This document shows, one piece after another, positions 26,151-31,000 of a DNA stretch of 31,000 nucleotides. The notes under the pieces are model-generated. The model was not told the origin of the DNA. It searched no databases and saw only the letters and a program-made list of their open reading frames with translations. Source of the stretch: a virus (lineage: Duplodnaviria > Caudoviricetes); the IMG/VR virus record IMGVR_UViG_3300020045_017979, positions 1-31,000 of that record; one strand, given 5' to 3'. The position numbers and the translations under genes are program-made. Every line of letters begins with the position of its first letter. Position 1 is the first letter of the stretch.

Positions 26151-26888
26151 CTATTCGTAAATGAATGTTGTTTTGTATCTCGCTACTCCATTGTCTTTTT
26201 CAATCATCTGTGTAGGATAGTTTTTATCATTGTAGATGTATTCATAATTTGCTATTACTACATTGTTAGATTTTACTGTAATTAGATTATTTTTAGAATA
26301 ATAAGGTTCGTCTATACTATTTAATATTGCTTCACTATATAATAAGGAATATGGATTTTTTTTATCGTCAAATTCATATGTGGTATTGTCAAGATCAGGA
26401 TATAATTTATCTATTATTTTAAACATATTGCCTTGAGAAGTATATTCAAACTCCTTACTAGCTTCTAAAATATTATTATGGTATTGTTTAGATGTTAATA
26501 ATTTGTTGTTTGAATTATAAGTGTAATTGTGTAAAAAATACATATTATCTTCAAAAGACAAACTGCTTGAAACTACTGGACCAGTATAAGTATATGTATT
26601 GGTTCCATCGGGAATTGAATTTTCATAATGTTTTTCAGTTTTTAATTTGCCATATTCATATACAAATTCTGTTTTATAAACATCACCATTACTTTCAGTT
26701 AATACTAGATTTGTCAAAAATCCATTTTCATAATTATAAACAATTGTTTCAGATTTGTTGGCTAATAAATCAGTATAAATTTCTTTGACTAATTTAATAT
26801 CTGTGTTAGAAATTGGTTTTTCAGAATCTCCATCCGATGAACATCCAAAAGCAATAACAGCAATAAGTGATAATGTAATTTTTTTCAT
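26151..26888 (-). CDS. Lipoprotein with YD-like beta repeats
   Basis: Lipobox IAFG-C then acidic SSDGDSE; repeated Y-x-Y motifs; 'YEFDDKKNPY'. Confidence 0.8.
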   Translation of the reverse strand: MKKITLSLIAVIAFGCSSDGDSEKPISNTDIKLVKEIYTDLLANKSETIVYNYENGFLTNLVLTESNGDVYKTEFVYEYGKLKTEKHYENSIPDGTNTYTYTGPVVSSSLSFEDNMYFLHNYTYNSNNKLLTSKQYHNNILEASKEFEYTSQGNMFKIIDKLYPDLDNTTYEFDDKKNPYSLLYSEAILNSIDEPYYSKNNLITVKSNNVVIANYEYIYNDKNYPTQMIEKDNGVARYKTTFIYE

Positions 26889-26892
26889 AGTG

Positions 26893-27408
26893 TTAATTAA
26901 AAAGTAAAAACATATTTTGAAATTTTTCTGAATTTTTTGATTTCAATTCATCTTCTGAATATCCTTCTGATTTATTTATTCTAATCTTTTTAACAAGATT
27001 TGATTTAAATTTTTCTAAATCAGATTGTGTTAAATAACAATTTACATTTAATCCAAGTGCTTGTGATCCAATAATACCTATAGAACCATCTCCATATCCA
27101 GATATTTTGTAAGTATCACTATGAAGATTTATTATTTCTCCATTTTCAAACATAAAGCTAATGTCATCTTTAGTATCAATTGAAGATACTCCATGAGGAA
27201 AAAACTTCAATTCTAAAAAGTAAGAATCGTTTATTTTATTGATTCTCATATTTAAATATATCTTAGATGTTGCAACTATTTTTTCCCAATCTGTTCTTAT
27301 TATTTTTCTTTTTGTAAAATCATCTGTTTTATTTTCAACAATTTTTTGAGAATATGAATTATTGATAATAGATATAAATGCTAAAATTAATAGTGTTGTT
27401 TTTTTCAT
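26893..27408 (-). CDS. Secreted/periplasmic protein
   Basis: Signal peptide ending SYS-Q (Bacteroidetes-typical Q after cleavage); 'DDFTK'. Confidence 0.75.
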   Translation of the reverse strand: MKKTTLLILAFISIINNSYSQKIVENKTDDFTKRKIIRTDWEKIVATSKIYLNMRINKINDSYFLELKFFPHGVSSIDTKDDISFMFENGEIINLHSDTYKISGYGDGSIGIIGSQALGLNVNCYLTQSDLEKFKSNLVKKIRINKSEGYSEDELKSKNSEKFQNMFLLFN

Positions 27409-27419
27409 AATTTTTTATT

Positions 27420-28124
27420 TTAATACAAATGACTTGATGCTTGTACTTTGAAAATCGACATAATCGAACTCTTTTTTATTTGTTGATTTGGAAATTCATC
27501 CTTTTTATTATCCGTTGGTTTACTGATCAAAGTATAATAATCATCAGTATCGCCTTTTGTGATCACTTTGACCATCCTAAAACCATCATTCGTAACAATG
27601 GCGTATATTTCGCCAAATGGGAAAAACTCTTTCCAATTATTGATTTTCACCAATCCTATTGCATCGCCATGGCAAATTACTTTGGCCATACTTTGACCTG
27701 AAGCTCGCACAACATAATCACAACCTTTAAAAAAAGGATGACTTACATAAGAATCTGGCATAATAGAGTTGTTATTTTCTACTTCTAAAAATCCAGCCGT
27801 AAACTCCACATCATAATAAGGAACTCCTTTGGTTTCCTTTTTTTGATTCTTTTTATAATCCAATTCTGTTTCTGAAAAATGATTGATTGTTTCATTTTGA
27901 TCGTAATCGGATAATTCCATGTTACCAGTACCACTTTTTAACCAATCTCTTTGAACTCCTAAAAAGTCTGCAATTTTATCTAATTTTAGATTGTCTGGTT
28001 TTCCTTTGTCTAATATGTAATTTTTTACTGTACTAGCATGTATATCAGTACCGACTGATATTTTGTTAGGGTTAGTATTCTTTAATTCAATAACATGGGA
28101 TAATCTACTGCCAATAGTTTTCAT
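27420..28124 (-). CDS. CI-like repressor, HTH plus S24 peptidase
   Basis: N-terminal HTH ('IADFLGVQRDWLKSGTGNM'), Ala-Gly site 'FTAGF', catalytic 'GQSM' and 'MVK'. Confidence 0.9.
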   Translation of the reverse strand: MKTIGSRLSHVIELKNTNPNKISVGTDIHASTVKNYILDKGKPDNLKLDKIADFLGVQRDWLKSGTGNMELSDYDQNETINHFSETELDYKKNQKKETKGVPYYDVEFTAGFLEVENNNSIMPDSYVSHPFFKGCDYVVRASGQSMAKVICHGDAIGLVKINNWKEFFPFGEIYAIVTNDGFRMVKVITKGDTDDYYTLISKPTDNKKDEFPNQQIKKSSIMSIFKVQASSHLY

Positions 28125-28133
28125 CAAAAATCA

Positions 28134-28156
28134 TTATTTAGATTTATTTTAAATTA
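28134..28156. promoter_or_regulatory. Third, variant 9-5-9 palindrome in the repressor leader
   Basis: TTATTTAGA-TTTAT-TTTAAATTA, related to the late-promoter palindromes. Confidence 0.5.
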
Positions 28157-28210
28157 GATATAGGTATCTAAAAAAAGATAAATATATTTGGTAATATCTA
28201 ATATTAGATA
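28155..28210. promoter_or_regulatory. Putative repressor operators built from TAGATA/TATCTA half-sites
   Basis: TAGATA-TAGG-TATCTA (28155-28170), degenerate AAGATA-AATA-TATTTG (28175-28190), TATCTA-ATAT-TAGATA (28195-28210). Confidence 0.6.
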
Positions 28211-28218
28211 TACTTTTA
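28187..28218 (+). promoter_or_regulatory. Rightward early promoter (-33 TTTG, 20 nt, -7 TACTTTTA)
   Basis: Bacteroidetes consensus spacing; one mismatch in the -7 box. Confidence 0.55.
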
Positions 28219-28234
28219 CACTTGTAATGTAATA

Positions 28235-28242
28235 CAAAGATA
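28235..28242 (-). promoter_or_regulatory. Leftward (repressor) promoter -7 box TATCTTTG
   Basis: + strand CAAAGATA is a perfect TAnnTTTG on the minus strand. Confidence 0.5.
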
Positions 28243-28308
28243 AAAACTTTATTGAGGTAGAGTTTAAAAAATAAGTAAAAACCGATGTATAACCAATTTT
28301 TGACGATT

Positions 28309-28515
28309 ATGAGTATTCTAAAAAAAATAGCCAATGCGCTGATGGGAGTTTCTTCTTATGAAGTAATTGATAGTAATGTGTATCATCATTACCACCAACC
28401 AACTTCTAAAACTTACTTAAATGGTAAGTTGATTGATTGTTCAGACACCAGTAATCTGCCAAAATCAGATTTTCAGAGAATTATGAAACTTCAAAAAAAC
28501 ATCATATGTCTGTAG
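28309..28515 (+). CDS. First early gene, His-motif protein
   Basis: MSILKKIANALMG...IDSNVYHHYHQ; start at 28309 or 28285. Confidence 0.6.
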   Translation: MSILKKIANALMGVSSYEVIDSNVYHHYHQPTSKTYLNGKLIDCSDTSNLPKSDFQRIMKLQKNIICL

Positions 28516-28796
28516 CATTAAACCAAATAATCAGAAGTCTGAAACGCATCGATGGATTGATTGCGAATACCGAGGATCATATATCCGTAACCGAAAAATC
28601 AACCTATTACAAGGTTTTTAGCACCGAAACCGAAAGGCAAAGTGATTTAGCCAAACTGAATGCCAGTTTAAAAGAATTGCTGCATGAAAAGTTTGGAATT
28701 CTGGAAAGCCTAAACAGGCAATCCTCATTTGATATGATGGCAATTTCAAGCTACGAACAAAAAGTAACCCTTTTAAAAACAGTATCCCATGTCTAA
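28506..28796 (+). CDS. Hypothetical early protein
   Basis: 96-aa ORF overlapping both neighbours. Confidence 0.65.
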   Translation: MSVALNQIIRSLKRIDGLIANTEDHISVTEKSTYYKVFSTETERQSDLAKLNASLKELLHEKFGILESLNRQSSFDMMAISSYEQKVTLLKTVSHV

Positions 28797-28977
28797 AAAG
28801 AAAGAAAGTCCAAAAAATGCTGATTCGCACATTAATGTTTTTGAACAGCAAAAAAGAGTCAAAATAAGTGCCAATAACACGCTGGAACTGGCAAAGAAGC
28901 AAGAAAAAGATAAGTTATCCAACGGCTTCAAATATTTGAAAATAGATAACAAAACCATGATTTTAAAAAGAGCCTGA
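28789..28977 (+). CDS. Hypothetical basic early protein
   Basis: 62-aa ORF, tightly packed. Confidence 0.6.
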   Translation: MSKKKESPKNADSHINVFEQQKRVKISANNTLELAKKQEKDKLSNGFKYLKIDNKTMILKRA

Positions 28978-28979
28978 TT

Positions 28980-29144
28980 ATGAAAATAGATATAAAAAAA
29001 GTAGATGGCAAATGGCTTATAAACGGCAAATCATCTGAAAAATGGATTTATGAAGAAAAAAAATTCTTCGATGAATTTTTAATCGCCATGCGATTGATGG
29101 ATGGAGCGGCAAAACACGACAACTTAAAATTACAATCATGTTAA
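28980..29144 (+). CDS. 54-aa hypothetical protein (not in ORF track)
   Basis: MKIDIKKVDGKWLINGKSSEKWIYEEKKFFDEFLIAMRLMDGAAKHDNLKLQSC; fills the gap exactly. Confidence 0.65.
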   Translation: MKIDIKKVDGKWLINGKSSEKWIYEEKKFFDEFLIAMRLMDGAAKHDNLKLQSC

Positions 29145-29422
29145 ACACAACAAACTACCAAAAACCGATAAGCGAAGATTTATCGAAACATTTGAGAAAC
29201 TTCATTACAACCAATGATATCGCAAATGTAGCTACAGAAGTAAGCATGAGTATTGATTACATCAAAAAACTGCTTTACAGAACCGCAAACTTGACCGAGA
29301 ATAACGAAAAAGTAATTTCGGAATTAACCAAGGTAGCCATTGCCAATTGCTCCAAAAAAATTGAAGAAGCAAAACAGGCATCGAAGTTCTTCAATAAGAA
29401 TATCACAAAAGAAGTAGCCTAA
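29138..29422 (+). CDS. HTH protein (Cro/CII-like candidate)
   Basis: 'DIANVATEVSMSIDYIKKLLYR' HTH-like segment. Confidence 0.6.
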   Translation: MLNTTNYQKPISEDLSKHLRNFITTNDIANVATEVSMSIDYIKKLLYRTANLTENNEKVISELTKVAIANCSKKIEEAKQASKFFNKNITKEVA

Positions 29423-29438
29423 TGTAAAATTCGAGATT

Positions 29439-29660
29439 ATGGCCATAGTACTTACCGATCAACAATACAAATGCTTGCGGGGGCATTTAGACGCTATCGA
29501 GAAGATAATCGGTAGCAAGGATCTGGCTGGGAGTTCATCCGTAAAACAGAAAACTCCCAGAGCAGAACCCAAACGGACCAAAAAGCAAGGCATTGAATAT
29601 TATACCAAGCTTATCGAAAGTGGCAAACGAGGAGGAAAACCAGATTATCTAAAAAAATAA
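29439..29660 (+). CDS. Hypothetical basic protein
   Basis: 73-aa ORF. Confidence 0.65.
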   Translation: MAIVLTDQQYKCLRGHLDAIEKIIGSKDLAGSSSVKQKTPRAEPKRTKKQGIEYYTKLIESGKRGGKPDYLKK

Positions 29661-29663
29661 ATT

Positions 29664-29801
29664 ATGCTAAACAATCACGACAATTTAGACGATGAAAGAG
29701 CAAACAAAATGTTTTCTTTTTTCTTAATAACGGTGGGAATATCTAGTGCAATGGGATTCTTGCTAGGCCTTATAGTAACGCTACTGTTTTTAGAAGCATA
29801 A
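29664..29801 (+). CDS. 45-aa membrane peptide (not in ORF track)
   Basis: MLNNHDNLDDERANKMFSFFLITVGISSAMGFLLGLIVTLLFLEA. Confidence 0.6.
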   Translation: MLNNHDNLDDERANKMFSFFLITVGISSAMGFLLGLIVTLLFLEA

Positions 29802-29827
29802 AAAAACCTGATGTTCTAGCATCAGGA
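29800..29827 (-). terminator. Hairpin with U-tract on the minus strand only
   Basis: A-tract then CCTGATG-TTCTAG-CATCAGG; no T-tract on the + strand. Confidence 0.5.
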
Positions 29828-29865
29828 TCAAAACAAGTTTAATTTTTTAAAGCAAATACAAAATT

Positions 29866-31000
29866 ATGAAAACAATTCAAATAAAAGAAATCACTCTAAC
29901 TAATTTCAAAGGATTGAGAAATCAAAAAATCATTTTCGAAAAAAACACCAACATCTTTGGAAAAAATGGAACTGGAAAAACAACAATTTATGATGCCTAT
30001 ACTTGGGTGCCTTTTAATAAAGATTCTTCAGGAAGAAGTGATTTTGAAATCAAAACTTTAGATTCTAATAATAAGGTAATACAAAAAATAGAACACGAAG
30101 TTGAAAGTATTTATTTGGTAGATGGAGTAGAGATTAAATTAAGAAAAAATCTGAAAGAAAACTGGGTTAAAAAACGTGGTTCAGAAACAACAGAGTTTAC
30201 TGGAAACGTTACCGAATATTATTTTAATAACATTCCTGTTACTCAAAAAGATTTTCAAGAAAGAGTCAGTAAAATAATAGATGAAACTGTTTTTAAACTA
30301 ATTTCTAATCCTCTTGCTTTTTGTGTAGATAAAAATGGAATGTGGGGAGATAACAAACTTCCTATGTGGAAAAACAGAAGAAATATATTGGTTGAAATTG
30401 GAGGAACAATATCTGATGTTGAAATTTTAGACAAAATCGCTACCATCCAAAACAAACAAGAGATTTTGAATTTAACTAACGCTTTAAATAGCGGTAAAAC
30501 AATTGAAGATTATCAAAAACAAATAATCGCTTCTATCAAAAAAGCAAAAGAAGATTTAAAAGCAATTCCAACCCGAATAGATGAGGTTTCAAAAAGTAAA
30601 CCAGAATCGTATGATTTTGTCAACTTAAAAATAAGCCTTGATATGAAAGAAAAGGCTTTGGTTAGGGTAAATGGTGATATAGAAAATAAATCATCGGCTT
30701 ATGATGGGAAATTGGCTGAAATCAACCAGAAGAAAGCAAAAGCGAACAGCATCAAATCGGAAATTCAAATAATCGAAAGCAATACCAAAACCGATATTGA
30801 AAACAGTTTGAAACCTGATACTTCAGCTTTGGAAACTTTGACTAGAAATTTGCAAACCAAAAAAGGAGAATTGGCAACCGCTGAAAATGGATTGAATACT
30901 TTGAATTCAAAACTTTCAACCGCTAAAAGTCAGGTAGAAGAAATTGATACTAAACTTTCTAATCTGCGTGATGAATGGACCACAGAAAATGCAAAAGAGT
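29866..31000 (+). CDS. SbcC/Rad50/SMC-like ATPase with coiled coil, 3'-truncated (not in ORF track)
   Basis: MKTIQIKEITLTNFKGL...Walker A GKNGTGKTT; frame appears open to the window end. Confidence 0.88.
   Translation, partial: MKTIQIKEITLTNFKGLRNQKIIFEKNTNIFGKNGTGKTTIYDAYTWVPFNKDSSGRSDFEIKTLDSNNKVIQKIEHEVESIYLVDGVEIKLRKNLKENWVKKRGSETTEFTGNVTEYYFNNIPVTQKDFQERVSKIIDETVFKLISNPLAFCVDKNGMWGDNKLPMWKNRRNILVEIGGTISDVEILDKIATIQNKQEILNLTNALNSGKTIEDYQKQIIASIKKAKEDLKAIPTRIDEVSKSKPESYDFVNLKISLDMKEKALVRVNGDIENKSSAYDGKLAEINQKKAKANSIKSEIQIIESNTKTDIENSLKPDTSALETLTRNLQTKKGELATAENGLNTLNSKLSTAKSQVEEIDTKLSNLRDEWTTENAKE

Larger units (their letters stand above)
1..31000. mobile_element. Temperate siphovirus genome segment (Flavobacteriia host), att site uninterrupted
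   Basis: Canonical order portal-scaffold-capsid-tail-tape measure-fibres-lysis-integrase-att-repressor-early genes; no host housekeeping genes seen. Confidence 0.95.

Noticed and set aside
28149-28334. 61-aa minus-strand ORF in the switch region
   Set aside because: Low-complexity translation of operator and promoter DNA that overlaps the first early gene
1-31000. CRISPR array, rRNA or IS element
   Set aside because: No regularly spaced repeats, rRNA-like sequence or transposase seen

Overview
AT-rich window from a temperate siphovirus of a Flavobacteriia host (probably Flavobacterium; inferred from TAnnTTTG promoter boxes, A-rich translation starts without SD motifs and Flavobacterium-type protein motifs). 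Left to right: partial portal, three small ORFs, scaffold/decoration/major capsid, head-tail and tail genes, tape measure, tail tip, a reverse-strand two-gene moron, a separately promoted tail-fibre/spike module (with an SGNH esterase), lysis genes, a tiny reverse-strand membrane peptide, tyrosine integrase, an attP whose core looks like a tmRNA/tRNA-Ala-type 3' end, a leftward lysogeny operon (S24 CI-like repressor, secreted protein, lipoprotein, HTH), the switch region, and early genes ending in a truncated SbcC/Rad50-like ATPase. Phage genes lie on both sides of att, so this is probably the excised or virion form. The most striking signal is a 9-5-9 palindrome in a 49-bp element duplicated at both late promoters (1802-1850, 16602-16650), with a third variant directly upstream of the repressor start (28134-28156). 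It resembles the iron-regulator (Fur-like) box I recall for Flavobacteriia. Two of the sites lie next to small genes sharing an ID-xx-V-[HY]-HHYH motif, and one is also near a 4-Cys protein, suggesting a possible metal/iron-gated phage regulatory circuit. All product calls come from motifs and synteny; no database searches were run.
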